A stretch of 63,731 nucleotides of DNA, filler included, from Kipferlia bialata (Eukaryota), in the NCBI GenBank assembly GCA_003568945.1. It is 7 parts of 6 records of this genome, joined end to end, with 100 filler letters (N's around TTAATTAATTAA, not from the genome) between each part and the next. Parts side by side here need not be neighbours in the genome. Positions count along the whole stretch, not along the records: positions 23,961 to 28,339 come from BDIP01001171.1; positions 28,440 to 34,473 come from BDIP01001171.1; positions 34,574 to 46,429 come from BDIP01001172.1; 4 more parts are not named here. One strand, 5' to 3'. Both the position numbers and the translations under genes were made by a program. Of this stretch, positions 23,961 through 38,000 are shown in pieces. How positions within the stretch are numbered: the first letter of the stretch is position 1; each line of letters starts with the position of its first letter. The notes beneath the pieces are model-generated. The model saw nothing but the letters and a program-made list of their open reading frames with translations, did no database searches and had not been told where the DNA came from.

Positions 23961-26900
23961 TCCAGGCCAGGGAAGCAGAAGCTCCGGATGGACACTATGC
24001 ACTGCTCGCAAGATGCGTCAATCTCATCTGAGAGAATACCTACTGGTCTTCCAGCAACAGAGACAGTCGTGTACTCTAGGAACTGGCGAGAGGGACGGGA
24101 AGGAATTGCTGGACCAGTGGGAGTCAGCGTGTTCTCCCTTCCACGTGGCCTTCTCTTAAAGAGACGACCAAAGAGAGATGGTAACTGTCCAGGCCTTCTC
24201 TTCAACTTTGGCTCAGGGACAGGCCCTACCCCCTCATATATGTCACTCTCTCTCTCCCTGAGTATGACTCCCTCTCTCAGGCACCGCACTGCAGCAGTGA
24301 CAGAGGCTGTGTGCAAAAGTGTCCAGGGCGGGGTGGCTGAACCCCTAGGGCATGGTAGAGAATCTCGTAGTCTACTGAGGTACAGACTCACACCCGCATT
24401 CCTGCCATCAACCGACATCTCTTGTCCAAGCGGAAGCCTCTCTGCTGCCTCCCTCGCCAGACACACTAGAATAGGCCCTGGGAAGCAATTAGATGAGCCA
24501 CCTGCTATTAGACCATCAATACTGGTTCCTATTATACATATCATATACAATAACCTACCTGGTAAGAGCCCACCATTCCCATAGTGAAGCTTCTGTCCAT
24601 AAGGCTTGGTGGCATAGCCCAATATCAGTCGCAGAGCCTCACTTTCTCTACTCTCTACACTGTCTGTACTCCCCTTGCGTTGAGTTAAGTGGTAAGATAA
24701 AGAACCCTCAAGGTACCCAGAGACTATGCCTTGTATGTGTGTCTCTAGGGTATCCTCCCCCCTGACCATACCCTCCAGTAGTGGGTGCAGGAACCCTGAT
24801 ACCCCACCAGTGAGAGAGAGCACACACTGTCTACCTATCTCTGGGGTGTATGTGTATGGTGACCCCTCCTCCCCCGTCGTGTCTAGCCCTAGGTATCCTG
24901 CCACTAGAGTGTGTGGGTCATATCCAGCAATGTAAGACATCCTGCTAAACCGAGAGAAGACCTGCTCTCCGGTTGGAGCTACTTTCCAACTATCAGTGCT
25001 GTCCATACGCTGAAGACAGTGAGTATATCCACGGGCAAGGTCATAGTCTACGTAGTCAGCAGCTGAGGCTAGGTTGGTGGTACCCGTTACTATGACGTGG
25101 GTGCTATCCCCGCCGAAGTCTCCGATGTGCTGACCACATGGCAAGATGTAGGAGAGGGTAGGATTAGCATCAAGTGCCCATTCCTTATGGTGAGTATAAT
25201 AGTGTAACATGTATATATATATACATGTATATATATTAGTCTCCGATGTGCTGCCCGCACGGCAAGATATACGCCAGTGTCGGATTAGCATCGTGTGCCC
25301 ATTCCTGATTAGTTAAAACATATAAGTGTTCTATAATACATATATTCACTGAGTATGGTAAGACGTAGGAGAGTGTAGGATTAGCACCGGGAGCTATCTC
25401 CTAGTCACTAGGAGACTCCTAGTGTGAGTATATCAAAAGAATGCATGTACATATATCACTAAGATGCATGCGAGAGATGGATTAACACCACTGCTGCGAC
25501 TCAGGGAGTGGCCCTCACTGAAGTACATCACGCAATAAGGGTTTAGTGTGTGAATGTCCGTGAGGATCAATATATCTATAGCTTCTTTACAGTATACAGT
25601 CTAATATACTCTGTTGGCCTCAGCTTGCGTATAGTAAGAACACACACACACCCATATATATATATATACGCCATTGATCTAACATAAGAGTCTCCTCCTT
25701 TATCTCCATATCTCTAAACAAGTTAAGCACCATACCTTACGGTGATTGGGCATCAGCAGACTACCAGTATAATGATTATTGTATATATGTATACATATGT
25801 GCGCGACTGTGTACTTTTGAGTCATTCTCCACCCATATTATGGACAATACCTTACGGTGATTGGGCATCAGCAGACTACCAGCATCCACCAACAGAATAT
25901 ACAGTATATATAGTCACGCTTGAAGCGCTTGATACGCTGCGGTGTATACATGTCACTCATGTAGTATCTTTAGAGTAGATAAACAGTACCTTGCGGTGAT
26001 TGGGCATCAGCAGACTACCAGCATCCACCAACAGAACATACAGTATAGGCAGTCTGGGAGGCTTGGGAACCGCAGTCGGTGCTTGCACACTAGGGTAAGA
26101 CGTACAAAACTGACCAGGCAGAGAGAGAGAGAGTAGCCTACTAGGGTAAGATGTACAAACCAGAGCAATAGATAATACGTCTATACTAAATACAATGTGA
26201 TACATAGCTTTCTGTGTTCACACTTCTTAAAGCTAGGGCTTTAAGATACTTCAAGTAACTAGGTATCATTACCTCCAGCTGTATGATCGCTCGGGTCCCG
26301 AGTAGTTCCTAAAGTACCTGGAAAGTGAGAGAGCTTCAATATATCTAGATACGCGTAGCCTCTGCTGTCTTAGATGATCTAACAGGAGAGCGATTCCTTA
26401 GCCAGAGATACCAAGTAGATATCAAAGCAAAGAGATACATATACATGAGTGTGTACGTACATGTCAACCTCATTGACTAGACCATTGTAGTGTAGTGGCG
26501 TCGGATCTGTCTCCATAGACACTAGAGAAGGTTCAGGCAGCGTGTGCGGAATACCCAAGCGAGTGGCTATCTCGGATACACCATAGAGAAATTGCGAGAT
26601 ACGGTTCTTCTCATCATTATCCAGACCATCACCCACGCTCATTCTAGCGATGCACCACTCTCTGAGAGCCTCATACACTCCACCCCGCACTATGGAGCTG
26701 ACAATGGTGTCTACGTGGTCAGTCCCACTGCAGGAACAGTCTAGGTAGAGAGACACGCCCTTCACAATTGACCCATCAGGGAGAGAGATACCCCCCCTAG
26801 GAAGACGATGGGCTAGCTCCTGTAGCAGTGTCCTCTTCCCATCACTCCTATGGCTCTGCAGAAACCCTCTCTTGTATCTCTCACTGAACTTCATCAGAGC

Positions 26901-27775
26901 AGATAGTCTGGCATCCATGAATAAAGGGTCTAGGAATATGCCTCTAATGACGGGGCACAGGATGCTCTCTCTGGTGAGGGGGACAGCTCTGACGAAGAGA
27001 GAGGCGGAGGGGAGGGGGAGGGAGGGGTGGCACTCGGTGATGTCACTGCTCTGCACCCCTTTTAGAAGGGGTGGGAGGGCACGACACCTGGCTAGGTACT
27101 CAATGTGCCTCTGGTCAAGTTCTGCCTCATAGCTGACCTCTCCCTCCTCTCCCTCTCCCTCTCCCTCTCTCTCTCCCTCTCTCTCCAGGTGTGCATGTAC
27201 CCTTGGTATGCGGCAGGGTTGGGCACTCACTACACCCTCACTGTCCACATATAGTGCCACATAGGTACCCTGTAGGAGATAGAACTCGGCTTGGGCCTCC
27301 AGGGCCTGGTGTTAGAATCAATCAATCAATGTATACATATATATACATATATGAATATATTAGTACCCAGAGATAGAACAGGGCCTGAGAGGGAGCTGGA
27401 ATGAATATACAAGAATACAACTATTACTAATAGTAGAAGAATAGAGAATCGTATGACTCCTGAGGCACATATGAATGAGCCCCCCCCCCCGTGCACTCCG
27501 CGTGGGGGGCCTCTCCGCTTTACTCATGTATCGGGGAGCAGGAATATGTACACATACACATATGTATGTACTTGTATTGCTCCCTCGTGGTGGACCCCCC
27601 CCCACGGTACATCCCTCTCTCTATATATATGCTCGTGATTTATGATGCATGTCACATGCAGCATGTATATGACCTGTACCCCTACCTCGTGGTGTTCCAC
27701 CCCGGGGTATCTCTCTGCTAGACATGTGTCTACAGCTGCTCTGGCTCTCTGCAGGGCATCATCGTCAGTGGGCAT
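23961..27775 (-). CDS. Protein with degenerate P-loop NTPase motifs (possible Crinkler/RHS-type NTPase-nuclease), 5 exons, 3' truncated
   Basis: Exons 27686-27775 (MPTDDDALQRARAAVDTCLAERYPGVEHHE), 26461-27305, 26273-26317, 25990-26089 and 23961-25183 are phase-consistent. They contain Walker A-like GFLQSHRSDGKRTLLQELAHRL and Walker B-like ILYVLLVDAGSL. The frame is open to the contig edge at ...SFCFPGL(D/E). The gene call is strong; the family call is tentative. Confidence 0.72.
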
Positions 27776-28339
27776 GGTATGTAGGGAGACTGATTGTTAG
27801 CGTAGTGATACAAGTGTAGGGCATCGGGAGAGTGCATGCTACCTAGTGTTGGAGCATACCCTTTCCAATAGCATATACATAGACACAATTACATACATAG
27901 TATACTCAACAGCTTCAATGGCTCTATCTAGTGCATCTGGAGAGTGCATTGACTGTGGCAGACTGACTATCAGTACAATACTTGAAGTAATATACTTCAC
28001 TATATGTATATACATACTATATTACTTCAATGTTCAGGGTATCGGGAGAGTGCATACTGGCTCATGTTAGAGGTATAATCAAACCCATCAGAGAACACAG
28101 AACTACTTCAACATTTTCAGGCCATACTTCAATGTGTATACAACACGTGTACAATATATACATACATGCATATACAACCCAACAACGGACCTTTAGTACT
28201 ATACTATGTTCTCGTATACAATATATATTATAGGATAGTATAGCATACTGCATTCAGGTGTATATGGATACTTTGTAAGGACGGGGAGCCGAGAGAGAGA
28301 GGCGGGGGGGGGGGGGGGGGGGGGGGGAAAAGGGCTTTA

Positions 28340-28439
28340 NNNNNNNNNNNNNNNNNNNNNNNNNNNNNNNNNNNNNNNNNNNNTTAATTAATTAANNNNN
28401 NNNNNNNNNNNNNNNNNNNNNNNNNNNNNNNNNNNNNNN
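28340..28439. other. Synthetic contig linker
   Basis: 44 N + TTAATTAATTAA + 44 N. Confidence 0.97.
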
Positions 28440-28493
28440 GTTTTGGCTTTTTTTTCCCCCTCCCCCCCCCCCCCCCCCCCTCTGACCCCTTAG

Positions 28494-31400
28494 ATATGGC
28501 CACTCTCTGTGTCAGGTGGATGGCCACATCCTCCTCTTCGGTGGACTTGGTGGCAGGGGCAGGCTGGGGGACCTGTGGGAGCTGGTGGGGGGACAGACAG
28601 ACACGCCAAGGTATATAGTGTGGTATAGTATAGTATATAGTGTAGTATATAGTGTAGTATATACCTGTGGGAGCTGGTGGGGGGACAGACTGACACACCA
28701 AGGTACATATTATGGATTCTATATTTTTTGTGGAGACACTTAGGTATTATGGTACAGTGTAGTGTATATGGTATAGTGTAACTACATATATGCTGATGCC
28801 CAGGTGGCAGGAGCTGCACCCCCGTGCCCAGCACCCCCTGCCCGTCCATGCCCTGACACCCCTACCCTGCCCCAGGACAGAGCACGTGGCAGTGCACGTC
28901 ACAAAGTGGGTATTCTATGCATTGTTTTCCAAATATGTAGGATTGTGTATGCATTCGTGTTCTATATGTATCTTTAACTCTTCCCTCACCCCCTCAGGCG
29001 TCACTCGATGGTGCTGGTGGGTGGCTCCAGTGGGTCTGGTCCCTTGAACGATGTCTGGGAGTACAACGTGCAGGACAACGAGTGGTACGGCTTGATATAC
29101 TCATACAGCTACCCACTACCCTCTTCCCCTCACCCCCAGGGTACTGCAGCCCAGTGACGTGGCCTCCCCCCAGCCGAGACATGCCTGTGCGTCAGTCTCC
29201 CTCACACAGAGGGGGCTGGTGCTGTTTGGGGGCACGGCCACAGACAGGAGGTGGGTGTGTGTGTGTGTTTTGGGCTATGCGTAACCGCGTGGTATTAGTA
29301 GTAGTTGGTCATTGTTAGTGTATGCCCTCATCCCCAGGTACAATGACCTGTGGCTGTTCATGCTGGCAGACACACCAGAAGGAGAGAGGGAGAGAGCTGC
29401 TGTCCCGACCTCCCCAGAGACTGATGCCCCTGCCGCTGCTGCACCCCCTCAGTACCAGTCAGGGCTGACTAAGCACAGCATTAGCACACCCATGCACATC
29501 TCTAGGGGCAGGGAGAGAGAGAGAGAGAGGGCCATGGCAGAGGCCGCCCAGGAGAGAGAGAGGGAGAGGGAGAGGGAGGCTGCCAGAGAGGCCGAGGCGG
29601 AGGCTGCTAGACAGGCGTCTCCTGCTGTTGAGAGTAGAGTATCTGAGGAAGAGAGTGAGGTGCCTGAGGAGGAGGTTAGTGCTGAGGCCCCAGTGGCTCC
29701 TGAGGTGTCACCGGTGAGAGAGACACCAGCTTCCCCCGTGCTATCCACCTCCCCCTCCCCCTCCCCTGCCGCCTCACCCTGTACTGTTAGTGTGAGTGTG
29801 GGGATGCAGTCACAGAAGACAGGGGGAGAGGGAGAGGGAGAGGGAGAGGGTGTGGAAACAGAGACTGAGACTGAGGCAGAGACCCGCTCCCTGGCCAGCC
29901 TCCCCTCTACCAGCCGCATTGCCCCCCCCTCCCCCTTTGTCCTCTCAGCCTCCACCAGGGAGAGAGAGGCATCCTACGTCACCGTTGACAGTGAGGTATG
30001 GACAGGTGTCCTGGCGAGGCTGGAGGCACTCGAGAACAGGGAGAGGGAGAGAGAGGCTGAGGCTGAGGCAGCCGCAGAGCGTGAGAGGGAGAGAGAGGCC
30101 GAGAGGGAGCGCCAGTACCAGGTGACCGGGTTGAAGTTCGATGAGGTGCACTCCAGAGTGGCTGAGGTGTCAGAGGCACTCATGGCTGCAGAGGGTGCAG
30201 TATCTGCTACAGTGCCCACCCCTGCCCCTGCTGTCTCTGAGGATATGGATAGGGAGCTTGATGCAATCAGGGAGGAGATTGAGACTGTCAAGGGCGACAC
30301 TGCGGCCCTCTCTCTGGTCCTAGGTGGTCTGTCTACCAAGGCTGAGGTGGAGACGGTGAGAGAGGGCATGGAGGGTGTGAGGGAGACCCTCTCCTCTCTG
30401 GAGGAGCGTCAGTCAAACACGGAGGAGAGAGGCACAGAAAGAGATGGTACCATTGCCTCTCTCTCTGATAGGGTGTCTGAGTTGGGTGAGGGTGTTAGTG
30501 TGACCACCATCACTGCTGACAAGGTGGATGCAGTGCAGAGGGAGGTGGACGCCCTCAGCACCAGGGTGAGTGAGGGTATGGAGTCTCTCACTAGGGAGAC
30601 AGAAGGGGTCAAGGATATGGTGGAGACGGTGGAGAGGGAGAGAGAGGCAGAGGCAGAGAGAGACAGTGGTGAGGATGTCAGGGAGGAAGTCTCTGCCCTC
30701 AGTGGAAGGCTGGGCACACTGGCTGCCCTGGCAGCTGGGGTCGTGGAGGAGGTACGGGAGTGCGGTATAGTATCTCTTCCCATCTCTTTCTACCCTACCT
30801 GACTCATCAAGGACTTCTAGTAAGATATATTGTGTATATAGATACCCCTTCTCACCCCCCAGATGGAAGGTGTCAAGGCATCACACCAGCAGCACCTGAC
30901 ATCCAGTGCCGCAGAGGCAGAGGAGGCTAAGGTACGTGCCTGGCATTGTGGAGAGTTACGTTAGAGAGTACCCCACTCTTTCATCATATGTCCTTACCCC
31001 CTAGGAGAGAGAGGATGCCCGTGACCGTGCTGTGGTGACCATCAGCCAGGCCCTTGCCTCTGTCATGCAGGTACCAGTGTCAGTGTCATATATACATATA
31101 TACACATATATACCCATATACACATATATATGACTGATACTGATATACAGGGGAACCAGGCCCAGGATGCCAGGATCACAGAGACACAGCAGGGCATGGA
31201 GGACGCGGTCAAGAAGGTGTGTGGCTGTATGCACTGTACAGTGTCAAATGGTATACCCTCTGACCTGTAGTGTCTCACCCCTCAGATCGATACCCACCTG
31301 GAGGAGATTGCCGGGGAGGGCTCCTTCAGAGACAGGCTACATGCGGTGGTGGTGGATGTGCTGCAGGTATGATGTTCATACCCCCATATCCGTGTCTCCC

Positions 31401-33780
31401 TACTGTTGTATGCTGTTCATACCCCACTCTCACCCCAGGTCAAGTCCACCGTCACCAAGATCAAGCACACCACAGATGGCCGGTAAGCATATGTGTATAT
31501 ATCTCTATATAGGTTGGATATTTACATCTAGACACCATCTAGTCGTTCCTCTTCTAACCCACCAGCCTGGACACTCTGGAGGAGAAGGTGGCCACAGTAG
31601 CTGCCGCAGCAGCCGCAGCATCTGAGGCAGCAGTTGAGGAACCAGCACCCTCCACCCCCACTGCACCTGTTGCCGTGGACAGTGCAGTGTCAGATGCTCT
31701 CTCTCTCTCTCTCTCTGCCCTATCAGAGAGGGTGGAAACACTGGAGTCAGGGGTGGAGGCACACACGCAGTCGCTGCAGTCTCTGTCTGACGCTCTGGAT
31801 ACCATGGGAGAGAGAGAGACAGAGACAAAAACTGAGGGAGAGAGTGCCGAGGCAGAGCGTGTGTCTGCCGTGGAGGCTGCCTGTGCCTCTCTCTCTGCCG
31901 AGGTGGAGGGGGTGCGTGCCAGTGTCACAGAGGCCAAGGAGGCCAGGGAGAAGCTGGCTAAGGTAGGGCATACATATACATATTACCATTTGTGTACAAT
32001 ATGACTGAGGCCAGGGCCGGGAGCTAAGGTTGACACTCTTCGTGTGTATATGTTTTGTAGTACGTGTCTCCCCTCACCCTCCAGGCCCAGTCCGACCTGT
32101 CCTCCAAGGTGTCCTCTGTCAGTGGTGATGTCAACAGCCTCAAGTCACGCTTTGTCACAGTCTCTGCCGCATCTCACAGCGCCAAGGCCAAGATGAGCAG
32201 GTACTGCATCGTATATGTGTATATACAACCCTCCCTCCCCCTTCATGTGCTGACCTACAGGTCTGAGAGTGACCTCCGTCGTGTGCAGGAGACTGTCAAG
32301 AGACTGGAGAAGGAGAGAGACACGCAGCGGGAGAGGCAGAAGGAGGTTGAGGTGGCCACCCCTGATCAGGGTCTGCCCCCCACTGCTCCTGTCACAACCA
32401 GTCCAACAGTGTCACAGGAGGCTGCTGCTAAGGTATAGGAGGGGGAGAGAGCATGTATGTCGTTATATACGATGTATACTCTATATACTCTATACATTGT
32501 ATAGTCTAACACCCAAGGTTACGCAGCAGATCCAGGCAGTGCAGAGTGGCCTAGCCTCCGTCACGTCCAGGGTGGGTGCCATGTCCAGCAGACTCAGTGA
32601 GGCAGAGGGGGACACGGCATCTGTCAGGATAGAGCAGGACAGGACAAACGACAGGTATGTCTATGTCTATCAGTATCAGTATCTATCTACTATGATACTG
32701 ATACTGATATACCAACGACAGGGTGCGGTCCATGGCGAGGGATGTGCTGACAGTGACAGAGAGTGTCTCCAGGCTCAAGGGAGAGGTGGCCACCCTGGCT
32801 GACTGGAGGGTCGAGCACGAGGCAGACCACGAGCTCATGGACGGAAGTGAGTGGGAGGATCCATATATACACTGTACACTCTACATATGCGCTATGGGTA
32901 CTGTTGTATATACTGACCCCCAGGCTGTGGCGAGTACACTGGCGATGAGGAGGACTATGGGCGTGTCATGTCCAAGGGCCTCACCACCCACGAGCAGATA
33001 TCGGCACACATATCGGTGGGGGGGATCCCTAACAGGTATGGAGAGCAAGGCATATCTATATATGATGTATATATATATGCATGTACGCACTCTCTCTGAC
33101 CCCCCAGGACCCTTGAGGAGTGTGTGACAGACGAGGAGTGTCTCTCTGACGAGACCCTCAACTCACACCCGGAGCACTCTGCCCCCGAGGCAGATATTGA
33201 GGGTGTAGAGGGAGAGAGAGAGGGAGAGGGCATGGAGGGAGATGTCTCTGACCTCAAGGCAGAGGTGGAGCCTGCCAGCAGTGACGCTCTACCCGTGACT
33301 CCGATTGACAGTCACCCCCACCAGACAGGGAGTGAGGGGGAGACTGTCGATGGCAGTGACTACGAGGGAAGCTCCGACTTGAGTGATGTCTCGCTCAGGA
33401 GATACGAGCCAAAGGTGGGCAGTTGGTTCTTATGCCGCAATTGTATCTCTATTCTCTATTCTCTCTATGTCTCATTCCAGGCCCCTGCCACTGCGTCCCA
33501 GCCCGTGTCGAAGGGCATGCCCTCCCTGTCTCTGACCAAGTCATCATCTAGACCCAAGCTGCTCCCCCTGCTCAACCTCAACAGGTATGGGTATATATAT
33601 GTATACACATGCATACCTGGACATACCTATTCATACATAACCTAGAATAGAGTAACTCTATATCAAGTCTAGAATGATACTACTACTTCCCTATGTCTCA
33701 CCCCAGTGCCGAGGCCGAGGAGAAGGAGGAGCCTGTGCTCATAGCCAGTGACAGTGACAGTAGGTGGGGCACACACACAC

Positions 33781-33815
<35 letters not shown>

Positions 33816-34409
33816 CTATCTGTCATCGTCTCACTCTCAGTGACGGGTACTCCTACTCCTACTCAGGGGACGAGGGAGAGGAGGGAGAGATGGAGGAGGA
33901 GATGGAGGCGTCAGTTGAGGGAGAGAGAGAGACCCATGCCCAGGTGCAGGAGGAGAGAGAGGAGAGAGAGGAGTTCTCCCTGAGGGACCTAGCCTCCTCT
34001 GGCCTTGACAAGGACGGGGACACTATACAGGGCGAGGAGGAGGACTTCATCCCCTTGGCCTGGGACGAGGAGGATCTGATACCCGATGAGGGTGTGGGTA
34101 TGTCTCGCACCAGTGCTGGGATAGTGTATGGGGAGGACGCAGGGTCTGAGAGCGAGGACACCCTCACCAACAGCATCGGATCGTCGTCTGGGTCACCCTC
34201 AAGGGGGGGAGAGAGGTAGGCGCAATATGTATATGTAGTGATAGTACAGTGAGTGTGTCTATATGCCACCCTTCTTACCACCCAGGTCCATGCCGCAGCG
34301 TCTCCCTGCTGCCTCCCCCAAGCTCAGGGGCGGCAGACACCCCCTCTCTGTGTCCCACCTCGTCGAGTCCACAGAGAGCCTCCTGGGACCAAACTCACAG
34401 GCCCTTAAG
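28494..34409 (+). CDS. Kelch-repeat protein with long coiled-coil and acidic C-terminal region; both ends truncated
   Basis: Spliced kelch repeats: RYGHSLCQVDGHILLFGGLGGRGRLGDLWEL, PCPRTEHVAVHVTKRHSMVLVGGSSGSGPLNDVWEYNVQDNEW, PQPRHACASVSLTQRGLVLFGGTATDRRYNDLWLF. These are followed by the large exon from 29338 and further heptad-rich exons. Confidence 0.87.
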
Positions 34410-34423
34410 GTAGGAGGACTTCC

Positions 34424-34473
<50 letters not shown>

Positions 34474-34573
34474 NNNNNNNNNNNNNNNNNNNNNNNNNNN
34501 NNNNNNNNNNNNNNNNNTTAATTAATTAANNNNNNNNNNNNNNNNNNNNNNNNNNNNNNNNNNNNNNNNNNNN
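34474..34573. other. Synthetic contig linker
   Basis: 44 N + TTAATTAATTAA + 44 N. Confidence 0.97.
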
Positions 34574-34627
<54 letters not shown>

Positions 34628-34631
34628 GGGG

Positions 34632-34986
34632 GGCACACAATGCGTTGGAGGAGGGGCATGGGGCGGCTAATGTCAGCTGTGTATTTATATATATAGATAG
34701 ATAGAGAGAGATAGAGAGAGAGAGAGGACTGGGCACACAATGCGCTGGAGGAGGGGCATGGGGAGGCTAAGGGTAAGCCGTGTCTAGTGTGGTCTTCATA
34801 CAATGTACTATTCTCATAAGTAATACGTACCTTGCCAAGTGCTGTGCATGCTTCACAATGTCCACCTGACTGTGCACATCACCCAGCATGGTCACACGGC
34901 AGGACTGCTTCCTAGGGTTAGGAAATACGATTATCTGTCAGAGAGAGAGAGAGAGATGGTCACACGGCAGGACTGCTTCCTGGAGT

Positions 34987-35022
<36 letters not shown>

Positions 35023-38000
35023 AGAAGGTATTTATGGGCTGCAAAACAAATTCCGTAGGATAACTAGGAATTGCACTATAGTGAGAGACAGAAGAGAGAC
35101 GACCATAATTAATTTCAAATTCGATGTAGAAACAGGCCACACATACCTAGTCACAGCGACTGCCAGGTCTGTGTTATCCCCCTCTCCATATATATATAAA
35201 TACACACATATATGTATATATAGGCATATATATATACCTAGTCACAGCTGTGGCAAGGTCTGTGTTGTCACCAAAGACATTGGCCGTGGAGGTGTCACCT
35301 GATATTAGAGCCAATATACACATGCATACTCCGTATATAACTAAGCAATGTATATATATATATATATACCAAAACATATCTGTTATTAGCATCTAAAGAT
35401 ATTGGCCGTGGAGGTGTCACCTGATGCATTAGTGGAAATGACTTGACAGACACAGTACTCTCCACAGTTAAAAGTAGTGAATACATACTCTAACAATAGC
35501 TGTAGATATCCAAACATGCATCTATCTACATATATAGATATATGTGTATGTATATACCTTGTCTTGGTCCCAGTAGGGCCAGGTATGGCACCTCGTCCCC
35601 GTCTATCCTGATGGACACGGCAGAGCCCTCGGCCAGGGAGTGGCCGCTCAGCATGACCTGGGGTTACACACTGTATATACACACACACATGTATATATNN
35701 NNNNNNNNNNNNNNNNNNNNNNNNNNNNNNNNNNNNNNNNNNNNNNNNNNNNNNNNNNNNNNNNNNNNNNNNNNTTAGACACAACAGAGCCCTCGGCAAG
35801 GGAGTGACCGCTCAGCATGACCTGGGGTTCAGACACTACACAATAGAGGGAATAGATATGAATACACTTTTGTAATGTATATATCGTAAGTAGTATATAT
35901 ATAGTGTAGATAACGAACATGCAATTCAGTGTCCACTCAGCATACAACTGGGTAACGACAAATATATATAAGAAGGAGAATGTAGTAGTAGTACCTGATC
36001 ATTCACCACATAGACCCATGCCCTGCACTCCTGTCTGCCTCTCCTACGCCTTCTGTCCCCTAGAGGTGAGAAGGATTCAAATACTAGAGATAGCACACAC
36101 TATTAGTACTATTCTGTAAACAGGCTTAGGAAACAGATAATAATTAGTTATTAAGAATTATAATTAGGAAACAGGACTCCGACACCGGAGTGTGGAGGCC
36201 ATAATCAATACAATGCAATTCAAAACACATCGTACTCACTATATGAAGATAACCATTAATAATATATGTACCTTGTATGGCAGCCCCTGCCTCACACACT
36301 GCAGTGTGGATACATCTGTAGAGGAACCGGTCGATGAACCTTACACTGGCGTAAGCAATATATCGCGTAAAATGACTTGAAGTGCATGTATGTCGGGTAG
36401 AAGACTTAGGGGTCCGTACCTCCCGCCGTATGCCTTAGTAGCATCGAGTAGCGCTGTGGTGGCCTCCCCCAGATTGGCCAGAGACCTCTTTGATAGGAGA
36501 CAGGAGCCGACAGTCATGGAACGGAGAGGGGAGATCTGGAGGTTATAGGGATATACATGTATATACGCATAACTGATGAAACTAACATATATATGTTAAT
36601 ACCATACGTATAAAACTGATAGTCATGGAACGCAGTGGGGAGATCTGGAGATATTAGGATATACTGAGATATCACAACAGTGACAGGAAGAGAAGTGTTA
36701 ACATTATTATATGTACTAATAGGATAATAATATAATATGTACTAATAGAATAATAATACTATATGTACTAATAGAATAACCATGGATACCTGTGCGACTG
36801 GTCTGATTGCATTTGGAGGGACTGGGGTGATGTAGAAGGGACCGGACCCAGGCACGGAGGGGGTAGGCCTGGGGTGAGACTCTAATAGTAACATTCCATA
36901 TAAATGTATACATATATATATGGTACACTTGTATATGTAGAAGGGACCTCAGACCTCAAAGGGGGGAGTGTCAGGAGTCATCAGTAACAAACAGACGACT
37001 TCATGTATGTGTTCTCCTCCTGCATAGAGTGATGATAATATGTACATACCTAACCGTGGCCTTGGCTGCTGTGCCAGCAGCTGGCCTTCTCTTGACATCG
37101 GGGACAGCCATGGTGATAGGGCCCCTTCTCCTGCGGGCAGGCCTCTTGACACCATTAACTCCATTTACATCGCTACTTGCCACAGTGGAACTTGTCACAG
37201 TAGAAGTGGCAGATGGTGTAGGTACAATAGGGGCAGTAGATGGAGCCATCACAACGTCGGACCCTGAAGGCTGGGGTACTAGTGATCCTGCTGAAGTGCT
37301 AGGAGCAGTCTTCCCGGTGGAAGTAGCTCTAACTGGAGGTACAGGGGGTACCATAGCCTTTCTCTCTGGAGCCTTGGGCTTGGGCTTAGGCTTGTATGTC
37401 CTAGTCACTACGGGTGCGTCAGCAAAGACACTAGATGGGTTGGGCCCCAGGATCTCCACCTCTGGTACAACCGTAGGTACTGTAGCAGTAGAAGAAACTG
37501 GAGCAGCTCTAGTAGTAGCGGGTCTAGCAATGGTAGTGGCAGTAGGTGTAACTACAGGCACCACAGGCACACTAGTGGATACAACAGGAGGCACAGGGGG
37601 TGGTGTCTTGAGAGGCGGGGAGGGAGTGGTAAAGGAGAGGGCCTCGCTCTCCCCCTTGGATAGAGGGGGTGAGAGAGACATGGGTGCAGGGTGGGAGATG
37701 GTGTCAAGGACAACAGGAGCTGTAGAGGGAGCTGTAGACACACTTGGCGCAGTGGATACTGAAGGGACTACAGGTATAGTGGGTATGACAGGGGGCACAG
37801 GGGCAACCACCACTGGCGTCCTGATCACAGGCTGAGCTGTTCTCTCTCTCTCTCTCTCCTTGGTGGATGATGGGGCAGTATGGAGTCTTGCACTAGTAGC
37901 ACTAGGCCTATTGCTACTGTTGTGCGACCTCTCGCTGGACACAGAAGATACAGCAGCAGATACAGCAGTCTTCTTAGCCACAGCTGGAGATACCACAGAT

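Noticed and set aside
26273..26317. Apparent second in-frame TAG (GTA CTT TAG) in a small exon
   Set aside because: Wrong phase. With the donor after ...GAC AT (26461) the exon reads YFRNYSGPERSYSW and joins the Walker B exon with no stop.
34425..34473. Poly-proline at the end of ORF 34263-34529, and other long G/C runs at contig ends
   Set aside because: The C-run lies after the donor at 34410, so it is intronic. Such homopolymers mark assembly breaks and their lengths are unreliable.
34632..36315. Possible SPOC-like domain at the C-terminus of the large minus-strand protein
   Set aside because: Resemblance is positional only; no convincing motif match by eye.
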